Origin: Barthelona sp. PAP020
Taxonomy: Eukaryota
Assembly: GCA_040182905.1 (NCBI GenBank)
Contig: JARQWU010000005.1
Span: 1 to 64,000 of the forward strand
Reading direction: 5' to 3'
DNA length: 64,000 bases
Position numbers and translations under genes: made by a program. The notes below the pieces were generated by a model, which saw only the letters and a program-made list of their open reading frames with translations, did no database searches and was not told the origin of the DNA. Positions 19,682-31,108 of the stretch are shown piece by piece (within the stretch, counting starts at the first letter, position 1; every line of letters begins with the position of its first letter).

Positions 19682-21325
19682 TCAACCATTGCTATTCAAT
19701 GTTTTGAAAGAATATTCACATGTAAGTAAATTGCCAAACACAATTTGTCCCATTGCTATTGATACACTAATGGAGCAATGATGTAGAACGTTACCATTAT
19801 GAAGAAGGAACAAAGACATTTCAGGATTTTTAGATTTAGAACTGCAATAAAAGCAAAGGGGTTTTTCATTCGCAGATACAATAGCAAATCTATCTGATTC
19901 TAATAAAATTCTATCTTTAAGCACCAATATTTTATAATCTCCATTGAGATAATCGGTGAAATTTGGGTCATAATGAAAAATGAAATTAGATAGCTCAAAA
20001 ATAATGAAATCTTTGGGAGAGTTTTCTTCCTCTTCATTTGCTTTTTCAACTAATTCTTTTGCCTTTGCAATTTTATAATCAACTTCTGATTGTAAAAGCC
20101 CACGAGAAGCTAAAAGTTTTGATAAACGATCATTTTCTTCAATATATTCCCGATTGGCCATCACCAATTCTTCAACATCTCTTTCAAGACACATCAATTG
20201 TTGATATTCATTTTGAGACTCTTGATCAACATAAAAGCCACGAGAAACCATCAATGCAACAGCATTGCGAATTTGTTCATTATCAGAGATATTATCATCG
20301 GCATTTTTGATGAGAGTTGAATTTCCCACAATATCATCAACAGTTTCCTTTAATTTCAAGTATTCTGCTTCATCACTGACTAAATTGTCTAACTGCTTTG
20401 CAAGGATTTGCTGTGCTTCTTCTTTTTCTTTAATTCTTTCACCAATAATACTTTCTTTTGTTTGTAGACTAAAAATTCGTGCATCAATAACATCCATTTC
20501 TCCAACCAAATTATTCTTTGCCTGCTCAAACTTTTTTAAAATATTTAAATGTTCAGTGTCAAGTTTTTTTAATTGTTCATCAAGTTCTTTTTCTCTGTCT
20601 ATCATTTGTCCAAGATCTTGTCTTTCTTTTTCAACTTGATCTTCTAAATTATTTTTGACCAAGATGGTTTCTTTAAGACTTAACTCACTCGCAGACAATT
20701 GGCGATATCTATCTTCAAGTGCAAGCAAATTAGCATTCGCTCGAGTTATTTCATCAGTTTTTACCACTGCACTGTTAGTTGCCTCAACACACTTATTTTC
20801 CAAAATTTTTAAACGTTCTTCAGAAGCCTTCACTTGTCTTTTGGCTTCAGAAACTTTAGCTTCCAAGAGATTTACCCTATCAGAATCAATTTTACCTATT
20901 AATTGTTTGTTTTTTGTTTCAACATCTTTTTTCAAATCAGAACGTATTGTTTTTGCTTCTCGAATACGTTTATTCATGTAACGAATAAATCTTTCCATTT
21001 TTCTATTTTCACCTTCTTGCTTTAAAAATTCACTTTGGTTTGTTAAATCTAAAGGTGGTGATCTAGGAATTGGTGTGGAAATGGCATCGATTTCAATTAT
21101 CTTTTTCTCAGGTGAAGGATTTGGATTTTCAACAAATTTTACAACATCCTTTTCCTCTAAAACTAATTTTCTTTTGGTTGTGCTTTCTCTTCTCATGTAG
21201 TTATGGTGCGGTATTCCAGTATCTACTCTTGCTTGGACGCCAAGATATTTCGGTGCCAAAAGTGCTGGTTTTCGAGCTTGTTCATCTTTTTTTCTTATTT
21301 CATTCCAGAGTTTTTCTGGCATCAC
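19682..21325 (-). CDS. Coiled-coil protein of unknown function
   Basis: 547-aa ATG ORF with a long E/K/L-rich heptad region. Confidence 0.8.
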   Translation of the reverse strand: MMPEKLWNEIRKKDEQARKPALLAPKYLGVQARVDTGIPHHNYMRRESTTKRKLVLEEKDVVKFVENPNPSPEKKIIEIDAISTPIPRSPPLDLTNQSEFLKQEGENRKMERFIRYMNKRIREAKTIRSDLKKDVETKNKQLIGKIDSDRVNLLEAKVSEAKRQVKASEERLKILENKCVEATNSAVVKTDEITRANANLLALEDRYRQLSASELSLKETILVKNNLEDQVEKERQDLGQMIDREKELDEQLKKLDTEHLNILKKFEQAKNNLVGEMDVIDARIFSLQTKESIIGERIKEKEEAQQILAKQLDNLVSDEAEYLKLKETVDDIVGNSTLIKNADDNISDNEQIRNAVALMVSRGFYVDQESQNEYQQLMCLERDVEELVMANREYIEENDRLSKLLASRGLLQSEVDYKIAKAKELVEKANEEEENSPKDFIIFELSNFIFHYDPNFTDYLNGDYKILVLKDRILLESDRFAIVSANEKPLCFYCSSKSKNPEMSLFLLHNGNVLHHCSISVSIAMGQIVFGNLLTCEYSFKTLNSNG

Positions 21326-21615
21326 ATAAAAAAAATTATTTTTATTTTAATTTTTTTAACGAATCGATATTTTGTATTATTTTTAATAACTGTTAATTTG
21401 TACAACAAATGATTAAAGTTTTATTAAAAAAAATGGTTGTGGAAAAGGTGCTTCTTCTTTGAATTGGGAAAATCTCAACTCTTTCGTTTTTTAATTGTAA
21501 AAAAGTTGACATTTAAACGATTTCATATAATAAAAACAAAACTTAAGGGAATAAAATATAAAACAGATAATATTTACAGTTATGCTTAAAAAATAGAATA
21601 AATAACTTGGAATTA

Positions 21616-23601
21616 TTAATTATCTTTCAAAGATTGAAATTTAGCCAATAATTCAACTTGTTTCATTCTTAAAAAAGACACTTTTTCTTTTCCCAATAAT
21701 CCTTGGGTTTTTGACTCAACATTGATATCATTTGTGTTTCTAAGCTGAGAAGTTTTTTTCAACTTTTTATAAAAGACATTTTTCTGTATTTTTTCGAGTT
21801 CAAACTTTTTTTCTGTTTTCAGTTTTTGCAAGTTTTCCATCAATTTTAAAATATTGTTATGAGAATTGTTCAATAAAAGAAAATTTTTCTTGTTCATTGC
21901 TTTTGTATCCCATTTTTCCGAAAATAGATTCAATTTCTTTTCAATAATTGCCAATTCTTCAGTTTGGGCCTCAGATGTTTCAATATCGGTTTTAAGTTTT
22001 TTTAAAAGATCTTCTATCTCATCAGAAGACATTGTTTCAATGTTATATGAAGGTGAGGTGCCATTGTCATCAGGTTTTGCAAATAAATCCCCCAATTGTA
22101 TTTGTGCCGTCAAAAACTCTTCTTCAGATGATTCATATTCAGAATCATCTTGAGAATAATCATCATCATCGTGCCAATCAACCACTTTCAATTTTGGAGT
22201 TGTAACGGATTCTATTTCAGCAGAATCATAATAAATAGGCTGTGGAATTTTACTTTGAGTTCTGCTGGGTGACGATAAAGACAAGTTACCATCATTTTGA
22301 GAATTTCTCTTTGATTTTTCTGTGACATTCTTAAGATCTTCTCTAGCACTTTCAACAAATTCTTGTTTTTTAGCAATTCTTGATGACATCTCAGCTTTGG
22401 GAAAAGAAATACCTGGACCAACATTTTTTTTTTCAGAAACTTTTTCAACCTTTGAATTTTTTTTTTCTGGACTGTCTTGTTGACTAACTTGGCTTTCAGA
22501 AACTTTTTTTCCTTTGTTTTTGCTTTTATCATTGATTGGTTTCACCTTTTGACTTCTAATAGGAGACCTATGTTTCAGACGAAGTTTTGGTACTAGGGTA
22601 GCAAAATCAAAATCGATCAGTAATTTTCCAAGGGTTTCATCTTCCAAAAGTTCAGCAAATTCATTCAACCATTGACGAACATCGATTTTATTTCTGTTGT
22701 TTTTTGAATTTGAAAGTTTCATTTGAGGCATACCAGGAAAAGGTAACGAACAACTAAAATTCTTTAAGTTTGTGCCGATTGCTATTGAAAATATCATTCT
22801 GAGTCCTTTTAAACTGATAGGATTTCCAATGATATTAAAAGTGGTAATTTGATTACTTTTTGATCGCAAAGCAGATAACAATGAAGCTATTGCTGAACTA
22901 TTGAGACAATTTGCATTTATATCACAAAAACAATGATAATTGTTCGTTTCAACAATCCAATAATTCGCACAAGATTTTAACAAATCAATTAATTGATTCT
23001 TTGAAAGAGGCAATGAATCATCTTTATCATTAACAACCACTTTTAAAGGAATATTTGAAAGGTCAAATAATTTCAAATTTTCAAATTTTAGAATAAGACT
23101 TAGCAACAACGCAAAAGTTGTCTTGTTGTCTCTTGATGACAAATTCATGTTGTTGAAAGCTAAATTTTCCAAACTTTTGTTTTCATTCTCTTTTAAATTA
23201 TCCACTAATCCCGATAAAAGATAGAATCCATTTGAACTATTAACAAATTGAAGATATTTTAGTGATATATTGTTTTTTAATAAAATACACAACTTTTTTA
23301 TACATTCTTCATTAAAAATACATTCTCTAAACTGTAAAGATGTTAAACGATTTCCAAATTTGGTCCTGATTAATGTTTCAATGATAATCATCAAATGATT
23401 ATCCGCAATTCTATACAAATTAAAAGAATATGGTGTTTCATGCACGTCTAATATAATAATATTGTTAATTACAGAATTATTTTTGTCAACTTTCCACAAA
23501 CAATATCGTAAAAACCATTCATCTGTGGTAGTTTCATATTTTTCACATAACTCTTCATATTTGATCAAAAAATTTTGTAATTCATCTTCAAATGTATCCA
23601 T
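21616..23601 (-). CDS. RNI-like leucine-rich repeat protein with C-terminal coiled coil
   Basis: LKNNISLKYLQF, LKLFDLSNIPL and FNIIGNPISLKG LRR-like units; low-complexity linker; coiled-coil tail. Confidence 0.7.
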   Translation of the reverse strand: MDTFEDELQNFLIKYEELCEKYETTTDEWFLRYCLWKVDKNNSVINNIIILDVHETPYSFNLYRIADNHLMIIIETLIRTKFGNRLTSLQFRECIFNEECIKKLCILLKNNISLKYLQFVNSSNGFYLLSGLVDNLKENENKSLENLAFNNMNLSSRDNKTTFALLLSLILKFENLKLFDLSNIPLKVVVNDKDDSLPLSKNQLIDLLKSCANYWIVETNNYHCFCDINANCLNSSAIASLLSALRSKSNQITTFNIIGNPISLKGLRMIFSIAIGTNLKNFSCSLPFPGMPQMKLSNSKNNRNKIDVRQWLNEFAELLEDETLGKLLIDFDFATLVPKLRLKHRSPIRSQKVKPINDKSKNKGKKVSESQVSQQDSPEKKNSKVEKVSEKKNVGPGISFPKAEMSSRIAKKQEFVESAREDLKNVTEKSKRNSQNDGNLSLSSPSRTQSKIPQPIYYDSAEIESVTTPKLKVVDWHDDDDYSQDDSEYESSEEEFLTAQIQLGDLFAKPDDNGTSPSYNIETMSSDEIEDLLKKLKTDIETSEAQTEELAIIEKKLNLFSEKWDTKAMNKKNFLLLNNSHNNILKLMENLQKLKTEKKFELEKIQKNVFYKKLKKTSQLRNTNDINVESKTQGLLGKEKVSFLRMKQVELLAKFQSLKDN

Positions 23602-23897
23602 AATTATTATTTAATAACACAACAAAAGATGTAAATGAAAAAATTTCCTTTTGAAAAGGCGCTTTACTGAAATTTAATTTCCCTTTTTCATTTATTGTAC
23701 TGTAAATAATTGTTACTTTGGTACATTCATTTCAAAACTTTTATTGTCAATTTAAAAGTTGAATAAATATTTCTTTTGGCATTTAAGTACTGTTTGATAA
23801 CTTTATTTTCTGTCTATTTGTGTTTTCTAAGATAAGAAAATGAACCAAATTGAAAACAAATATAATAATAAGAATAAAAATCGAAAAATTTTATGCA

Positions 23898-26045
23898 TTA
23901 TTCGTTCATATCATCATCTTCTTCCTGTGGACCACTAATAATATCTCTGAGTTTTTTCATTTTGTTCTTTTTTAAGAGGGAACAAATGGATCCACCAGAA
24001 AACCAAACAGGTAAAAATATCGTTTGTTTAGAAGAAAGATTAAATTTGAAAATAAAGGACATCAATGTGAATTTGTTTTCATTTGCATTTTCAAAAATGT
24101 ATTCTAATCCAATTTTTTCAGCATCCTCCAAATTCAAACTTTCAGACGACTCCAACAATTTTAACATTTGTGTTTCATTGACTTCAATGATCCAGTCCTT
24201 GCTGATTAATTCTGCAATAAAAGAACTTGCATCAGCATCAAAACGAACTTTAGTTTTAGTTCTATCATGTAATTTCAAAAAGGCAACCCCAAGACTTTCA
24301 ATATTTATTTTTGTGCTTTCACTTTTCACCAAAAACTCTCTAGCAAGATCAGAACAATAATAAAATCGATTGGTAGGATAATGTTTTTTTGGTTGACCCT
24401 TCTTCATTGTTTTGTAATCAATCCTTTGGAAAACATTTTCAAGTGTTTCTTGTTTCATGTCATAATATGTCCTCAGCAATTCATTGATTTCAAAATGTTC
24501 AGATTCTGGATTTGCTACAGATATGTAAAGATCCTTTCTACTGATTTTTTCTGGGTTCTTTTTGGTTGTGCTGTTTGAGGTCTTCATAGATTCTGTGGGC
24601 ATTTTGGCATTCTTTCTAAATTTTGCCACAAAGAAACCACCACTATTGTTTTGATGAGGATAAAACCTACAACAACGATGAAGATTTAAATCATCAACAT
24701 TAGAAGGTACAAACATCGTTTCTTTCAATTTAGCATAAATTTTCACCCATTTACGCATATCATTATTAATTTCAGCATCATATTGAGCTTCTAAAATTTT
24801 CATTTCAATTTCATCAATAGGTTTTTTGTTATTGTGGTCAGATTCCTCTCTAATTAATTCATTGTAACGATTATCTAAATCTCTCTTTTTTAAAAACGTT
24901 TCAACACTTTCATAATAATACAAAGATCTTCCTTCATGGTTGCTCAACTGCACATTCCAGGAATTGTATCCTTTTGTACGTTGCATATTAGGTAATATGT
25001 TTTCACAATCAATTAATTCTAATCCTCCTTCAGACCAATTCAATAGAGCTGCAACAACAGCTTCATTTTCAATAGGTGACATACTACAAGTGGAATAAAC
25101 AAATTCTCCGTCAATCTTTAATAATTCAGCAGCTCTTTTAGCAATTCGTAATTGTAGTGGGTGCAATCCAATGGAATCAGCTGTTTTCCAATCTTTCCAA
25201 ATCGTTGGATTTTTACGAATGGTTCCATCACCAGAACAAGGAACATCAGCTAAAATCTTATCGAAACTGTCAACAGAAGGAAACAATGAAGCATCATGCT
25301 TGGTTACAATAACACTAGGACTTGGATTTCGTGAGATTTGGTGATTCAATATTCCAACTCTTTTTGGGTCAAAATCATTCGCAACAACCAATCCATAATT
25401 ACCAACATCTTGAATTATTTGACAGGTTTTAGAACCGGGTGCTGCACACATGTCCAAAACCTTTTCGTTCTTTTGACAATTCAAAAATATTGGTGGAACC
25501 ATAGATACTGCTTCTTGTCTGGCGATGTTCCCGTTGTCAAATTCAGCATTCAACCATTTGTGAAATCTACGAACGTACTCATTTTCATGTCGTCTAAATT
25601 CTGTTCTACCAATTGGATAACACCAAACATCTAAAGGTTCTAAAAATTTCAATTGATAAGGAGCAGGTAAATCTTCGATATCAAGCAGATGTGGCAGGTA
25701 TATATTTCGAAACTTTTCGCCATGATTTTTTGTTTCAAATCTAAAAACAACAGGTAAAGGTTCGTGTAAACTGTTCTCAAATGCTTCCCATTCATTCTCT
25801 GGAACTAACTCTTTGTAAAAACTGATCATTTTCTCATTGTTTTGATTTTCTTTTGCAGCAAAATCAATGAACGATTCAGAATCTCTCCCTTTACATTCTT
25901 CTGTAATTTTTGTTCTTTGATCGTTTCTTTGTGTTTTTCTTTTGCTTTTGTTTTGTTTTTGTGAGTGATCATCATTCAATTCATTTGAATCATCTAAATT
26001 TGGTGTTTTCTTAATTGGATTTAAATCCTCAGGGATTGATGACAT
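23898..26045 (-). CDS. NSUN2: tRNA (cytosine-C5) methyltransferase NSUN2/Trm4 (copy B)
   Basis: Same catalytic motifs as 6111..8231 and collinear with it over the whole length. Confidence 0.95.
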   Translation of the reverse strand: MSSIPEDLNPIKKTPNLDDSNELNDDHSQKQNKSKRKTQRNDQRTKITEECKGRDSESFIDFAAKENQNNEKMISFYKELVPENEWEAFENSLHEPLPVVFRFETKNHGEKFRNIYLPHLLDIEDLPAPYQLKFLEPLDVWCYPIGRTEFRRHENEYVRRFHKWLNAEFDNGNIARQEAVSMVPPIFLNCQKNEKVLDMCAAPGSKTCQIIQDVGNYGLVVANDFDPKRVGILNHQISRNPSPSVIVTKHDASLFPSVDSFDKILADVPCSGDGTIRKNPTIWKDWKTADSIGLHPLQLRIAKRAAELLKIDGEFVYSTCSMSPIENEAVVAALLNWSEGGLELIDCENILPNMQRTKGYNSWNVQLSNHEGRSLYYYESVETFLKKRDLDNRYNELIREESDHNNKKPIDEIEMKILEAQYDAEINNDMRKWVKIYAKLKETMFVPSNVDDLNLHRCCRFYPHQNNSGGFFVAKFRKNAKMPTESMKTSNSTTKKNPEKISRKDLYISVANPESEHFEINELLRTYYDMKQETLENVFQRIDYKTMKKGQPKKHYPTNRFYYCSDLAREFLVKSESTKINIESLGVAFLKLHDRTKTKVRFDADASSFIAELISKDWIIEVNETQMLKLLESSESLNLEDAEKIGLEYIFENANENKFTLMSFIFKFNLSSKQTIFLPVWFSGGSICSLLKKNKMKKLRDIISGPQEEDDDMNE

Positions 26046-26456
26046 TGAAAAGAAAAAAATTGCTTTTGTGCTTTATTACAATTTAAAAATTTAGAATAGT
26101 ATGTGATAGTGTATTTGGTAAATGTTCCTATGATAACAATTTCCTTTGTAAAAAGAAATATTACACTGAATTTATAAAAATTGTGTTGGTTGGTTTAGTT
26201 TTGAACATTTGAAGCTGATATTTGGAGAATCAAACAACATAACCAATTTTTGGAGAAGATATTTTCATGAATAGCAAAGTTTATTCAATCATACAACAAC
26301 AGAGTAGCAGAGTAGCATCAGTTATCATTACCCATATGAACTTGAGAAACAACATTGATAACCATTACAAAGTAGATATCATAATTTTAGCGATATACGT
26401 GAGACATAAAGCAAAATTTCACTTCAAGACTGGTTTTAGGTGTTTTTTTTTGATTG

Positions 26457-29400
26457 CTATTTTGCTTGTACAGTGAAAACATCTCCCTTTAAAATATCAA
26501 ACATAAATAATTTACGATGACAATGTATTCCTATAAATTTTGGTTTTCTCAATCCAACAATTGGACCTGGTATGAGTAATTTGGTTAAAACTTTTTCGCA
26601 ATTTTCTAAATCTTCTTTTTTATTTTCAGTCATCATTAATTTGGCTAATTTTCGAGTCATAGAGAGATGAGATTTTTCATAAGCATCCACAAACTCTTTT
26701 GTCGCCATTAATTTTTCATTATTTTCATTGCAAATTCTAATAGCTTCATAAATAGTTTGTCCATAACAGTAGAAATCGATTCTGTCATCTCCAAATATGC
26801 CTGAGACTAGATCTCCATAATTGAAACAAGAAGTGTAATTTATTGTGAACATGACGTTCTTTGCATTAAAAATTTCAATCATTGAAGAAATATTAGCAAT
26901 ACAATTCAACAATTGTGAACATCGATTGAAATTATTGGCTTTTTGGGCAAATTGTGAATTATTATTTAAATTTACTGTTGTTAAACCACTCACCAACAAC
27001 AGTTGATCATCACACCAATCAATTAATTTTATTTGAGAATATTTGGAAACAATGGTTTCAATGTGCCTCAAAATATTTTGATAATTTTGAATTTTTGCAA
27101 TCTCAAAATCAATCTTGGCTTTTTCCTTTTCTTTTTTTAACACATTATTTAAACGATTGAAAGGATTACATCTAAAACTTACTGCATATTCATCAGCTAC
27201 CAATTTGAAATCTAATTTCATGATGACTATTGCAATATCTTTGTGTTCCCATACCAAGTTTTCATTTTCATTTTTTAATAAAGTGTCAGAAGCATATTCT
27301 GGTAATAATAAATTTAACGCTTTAATGCTTTTAAAAACTGTTTTGAAGGTAATTTGAACTGTTTTAGCAAATTGAATCCAAGAAATACTGAAATAATAAT
27401 GCCTCAAAAAATGAGCAACATTTGCTACAGAAACAATTGACAAATAATAATTTTTGAAATATATACCAACAAAAAATATGAAAATATTTCCACAACTAAC
27501 AAATGTAATTGTTTCGTAAAAGCCAACATTCGTAGTGAAACTGAGTATGGTAATCACGCTATCCATAACCAACCACAATAACTCATGTTGCAAAATTAAC
27601 AAAAAATTGTTAGAAATACCCACTTCATCAAACCTTAACAAACAATCGACATTACAAGTGGTAAAACCGAAAGCCACAAATTGACCAGTATGAAATATCA
27701 TCATAAAAAAGAATATTCTGGCAACAGTCTCATATTTTGGTCTTCTTGTGTCATTCAAAGTGCTCAATACTAAAGGGCCTGCAACTAAGATAGAGGCATT
27801 ATAGATGATGATTAAAATGTAGTTTCCTTTGTTCATTTTAGAAAAAGACATAAATTTATCAATAACAACTCTTGAAGAAACTATCAAAAATAGTATTCTC
27901 AAAAGTACAGCACCAAAATAAGTTTTATTTAATGTTGTTCTTAAAAAAAATCTGCTTTTTTGTTTTAATTCTGTGATGGGTGCTTTAAATGAGGTAAATG
28001 GTGGTTTTACAGATAGTTTCCATGTTTGAAAACCTTCATTGAATGGAAAAGCATTAAAAGCATCTTTGAATGATGATTTGCCTTTTGTTGAAAGAGTCAT
28101 TTTTATGCAATGAACTGTCAAAAATAATTCTTTATCAATATTAAATAAAGAACAACTATATTTATTCTGTAAATAACATAATAAAGATGCTTCTATACAT
28201 AATCTCCGATCAGACATATGCGGTTTTCTGGCAATATTAGCTAATCGTGTTGACTCATCAACACCACTTCCCCATGAATAAATACGATGATTGGAATGTC
28301 CTAAAAATGTCAAACAAAGATTTCCAACAGCTAAACCAATCGAAACATTAAATTCGTTTTCAATCAAAACACCACACAATTTTGAGACATCATTCAAAAC
28401 CATTCCCAGTTTTACCAAAGTATTAACAGCTTCTTTCATTGCTTCATTAATTATCTTTTCTTCCTTATCATTTTCATAAATATCATCTTTAATTTCCTTT
28501 TCATTAGAATGACGCTTGTTTGTTCTGATCCTTTCATAATCTAAAATTCCTGAATCAGATAAACAACCATCATAAAGATTCATGTCTAATATGTCTAAAT
28601 TGGCCAAATTTGGGGTGACAACAATGACATTATTAGACATTCGAATCTTTAAAACGTTGTGAAATTCAACTAATTTATCAAAAAATACCAAATATTCGTG
28701 AAAAAAATTCAAAAAATCAGTTTTATTGAAAATTTCAAAACTTTCTTCAAACTTTGGTAGAACACAAGTTAAAATTGGAACATTACAATATGTAATAGTA
28801 TCAACAGGAAATGCTTGAGCTTCAAAATGTTCAAACAAAAAATCCAAATTGAAAATGTTTGTATTTTTGGAATTTTTGGAATTTTTTGGAATATTTCCCA
28901 TTCTAAAAATATTAGTTTCGGAATTCAATTGTGATAATTGTTCGCTATCAAGCGATTCCGAATTTAAACTGTAATTCCCATCTAAATTGGCCACGCTATG
29001 AGTTTTTAATGGTAACTGTATTAAATTAGTGAATGATTCCATTGTAAAAGTTTGTAAAATATTTTTAGGAATAAATCTACTGTATAATAAACCAGAAACA
29101 TTCTCAATTATATCCACTTTTCTAGCTGTTTGACAAAAATGTTGGATAACCCCATGTCTATAGCTAATAATGCACACAATAAATACTTGATTGAAAAATA
29201 TGGCAAAATATAAAACTCCACATTCAATAGGATTACATGTTAAACCAAAATTAAATTGTAAACTTAAAATTTTCAAAAGTATGGTCCATATAGATGTCAA
29301 AATTGAACAAAATGAATACATTTTTAAATTGCACTCAAAACATTGTGTTATCATTGAACTATTGATAAATAATAGTATAAAAACAAAATCAAATGTTTCA

Positions 29401-29708
29401 TTTGCCAATATAATATAATTATACGAAAAGAATGTCAAAAGAACACAATATTCCGTGAAATATTTGTTTGAGTTCTTTCCAAACACAATTAATCCTTCAA
29501 TAAAAACAGTTAAACAATAGAAAATTGAATAATACAATAAAGAATGTGTCAGAAAGAATAACATTGTTAAAGCTAAAATTTCAAACAGAGAAGCCTTTAA
29601 GAAATGATTGTAACAATTCAATGTTGCAACTTTAATGGCTTTTTCATTGATAGTTTCAAAACATGTACTTTCATTTTCACAATTATTTGTTCGTTGTTCC
29701 TTATTCAT
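26457..29708 (-). CDS. Multi-pass membrane protein with two degenerate cyclase-like domains (copy B)
   Basis: Paralog of 2604..6050; shares TLVKLGM.LNDVSKLCGVL.ENEF, IKLIDWCDDQ, FNRCSQLLNCI and FGDDRI.FYCY. Confidence 0.7.
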   Translation of the reverse strand: MNKEQRTNNCENESTCFETINEKAIKVATLNCYNHFLKASLFEILALTMLFFLTHSLLYYSIFYCLTVFIEGLIVFGKNSNKYFTEYCVLLTFFSYNYIILANETFDFVFILLFINSSMITQCFECNLKMYSFCSILTSIWTILLKILSLQFNFGLTCNPIECGVLYFAIFFNQVFIVCIISYRHGVIQHFCQTARKVDIIENVSGLLYSRFIPKNILQTFTMESFTNLIQLPLKTHSVANLDGNYSLNSESLDSEQLSQLNSETNIFRMGNIPKNSKNSKNTNIFNLDFLFEHFEAQAFPVDTITYCNVPILTCVLPKFEESFEIFNKTDFLNFFHEYLVFFDKLVEFHNVLKIRMSNNVIVVTPNLANLDILDMNLYDGCLSDSGILDYERIRTNKRHSNEKEIKDDIYENDKEEKIINEAMKEAVNTLVKLGMVLNDVSKLCGVLIENEFNVSIGLAVGNLCLTFLGHSNHRIYSWGSGVDESTRLANIARKPHMSDRRLCIEASLLCYLQNKYSCSLFNIDKELFLTVHCIKMTLSTKGKSSFKDAFNAFPFNEGFQTWKLSVKPPFTSFKAPITELKQKSRFFLRTTLNKTYFGAVLLRILFLIVSSRVVIDKFMSFSKMNKGNYILIIIYNASILVAGPLVLSTLNDTRRPKYETVARIFFFMMIFHTGQFVAFGFTTCNVDCLLRFDEVGISNNFLLILQHELLWLVMDSVITILSFTTNVGFYETITFVSCGNIFIFFVGIYFKNYYLSIVSVANVAHFLRHYYFSISWIQFAKTVQITFKTVFKSIKALNLLLPEYASDTLLKNENENLVWEHKDIAIVIMKLDFKLVADEYAVSFRCNPFNRLNNVLKKEKEKAKIDFEIAKIQNYQNILRHIETIVSKYSQIKLIDWCDDQLLLVSGLTTVNLNNNSQFAQKANNFNRCSQLLNCIANISSMIEIFNAKNVMFTINYTSCFNYGDLVSGIFGDDRIDFYCYGQTIYEAIRICNENNEKLMATKEFVDAYEKSHLSMTRKLAKLMMTENKKEDLENCEKVLTKLLIPGPIVGLRKPKFIGIHCHRKLFMFDILKGDVFTVQAK

Positions 29709-29944
29709 TATTCAAAATGTCACATATTAAATAAATATTAAAAAATTTATCAATCTATTAAAGACTAAATTATCAAGTCTACAATAAATCTTTCAATTCA
29801 TACGTTTTTCCAATCCTTTCAAATCGTTTCATTTCATTTGAAATAAATCATCATTCCTTTTCAATTGTATACAATTATTCGAGTTCATAAAACAAATTCT
29901 CCTTTTTTTTTCAGTCAATTTTTTTTTTCTTTTGTGATTTTAAA

Positions 29945-31063
29945 ATGCAAACAATGTTTGAAAATATATTGGAAACTATTCCATTTGAAGAAAAGTACAT
30001 TATGTCACCATTAATTAGCATTGTTGCAACTGCTTTATTACATTTTGGTGTAAAATTGGCAACACCTAAACAAAGAAAAATCTCACCTGATAATGTTGAA
30101 ATTTTGAAAAAGAAAGATGTTCTTATGTTACCACTTACTTTTTCTATTGCTTTATTGGGTTTGTTTATTGCAATAAAAAAACTGAATCCAAAACTTGTTT
30201 CAACTTTATTAATGGTATATTTTACTTTTGCATGTTTTACAACAATTTCAATTACTTTTGTTAGATTTTGGACCTTTTTAAGGCCTGATTCAAACATTTT
30301 AATTGAAATTAATGGAAGTATTCCATTAAAATTACCTTTTATTAAAGCTTCATCTTTTGATTTTTCGATTACTGCTGCACATTGTATTGGTGGCATGATT
30401 GGTTTGGTATTAATAGCCTTAAATATTCAAACTGATCATTATTTATTGAATAACGTGTTTGCTATCAGTCTTATTATTTTAGCCATTGATAAAATGGTGT
30501 TGCCTTCCACAAAATTGGCGTTGTTAATTTTATGTATTTTATTTTTTTATGATATTTTTTGGGTTTTTGGTACTCCAGTGATGATTACAGTTGCTAAAAA
30601 TGTTAATGGTCCTATTAAAATTTTGTTTCCAAATAATTTCTTATCATTATTTGCAGGATCTGCTAAAAAATTGGAATTTTCAATTTTAGGTTTGGGTGAT
30701 ATCGTTTTGCCTGGTGTTTGTTTAGCGGTGTTCAGAAGATTTGATCAAAAGAATGAAAATGGTTCAAAATCTTATTTATGGGGTCTTTTTGGTTATCTTC
30801 TTGCTTGTACAACTGGAACAATTTGTATGATATATTTCGAACATGGTCAACCATTATTATTATATATTTCTCCATTGGTTTCTCTTTTTGGTTTGTTTGG
30901 TAGTGTTGTTTCTGGTTGTTTTAAAGATTTTTTCAATTATTCTGAAGAAATTCCCGAAAGTCAAGAAGTTAAACAAATAGAAGATGTGAAAGATGAAGAA
31001 TTTGAAGTGAAGAAGAATGTTCAAGTTAATTCTAGTGATCAAAATAAAAATAAGGTTGAATAA
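29945..31063 (+). CDS. HM13: Signal peptide peptidase (GxGD aspartyl intramembrane protease)
   Basis: LFFYDIFWVFGTPVM, LGLGDIVLPG and GQPLLLY motifs. Confidence 0.92.
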   Translation: MQTMFENILETIPFEEKYIMSPLISIVATALLHFGVKLATPKQRKISPDNVEILKKKDVLMLPLTFSIALLGLFIAIKKLNPKLVSTLLMVYFTFACFTTISITFVRFWTFLRPDSNILIEINGSIPLKLPFIKASSFDFSITAAHCIGGMIGLVLIALNIQTDHYLLNNVFAISLIILAIDKMVLPSTKLALLILCILFFYDIFWVFGTPVMITVAKNVNGPIKILFPNNFLSLFAGSAKKLEFSILGLGDIVLPGVCLAVFRRFDQKNENGSKSYLWGLFGYLLACTTGTICMIYFEHGQPLLLYISPLVSLFGLFGSVVSGCFKDFFNYSEEIPESQEVKQIEDVKDEEFEVKKNVQVNSSDQNKNKVE

Positions 31064-31108
31064 ATTCAGTTTAGAGTTGAGTTATTTATTTATTTTTTCT
31101 TCTTGTAT

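Noticed and set aside
20038..20981. Long antisense ORFs over coiled-coil genes (also 37091..37651, 50524..51012 alternative frame)
   Set aside because: Expected shadows of biased codon usage; S/F/L-rich and lacking motifs.
23893..24360. Similar antisense ORFs at 23893..24360 and 7763..7945
   Set aside because: Shadow frames of the two NSUN2 paralogs; the similarity is inherited from the sense genes.
26267..26476. 69-aa ORF with CAGAGTAG x2 micro-repeat between NSUN2-B and cyclase-B
   Set aside because: No family resemblance, overlaps the neighbouring stop, and has no counterpart in the 60-bp gap of the left arm.
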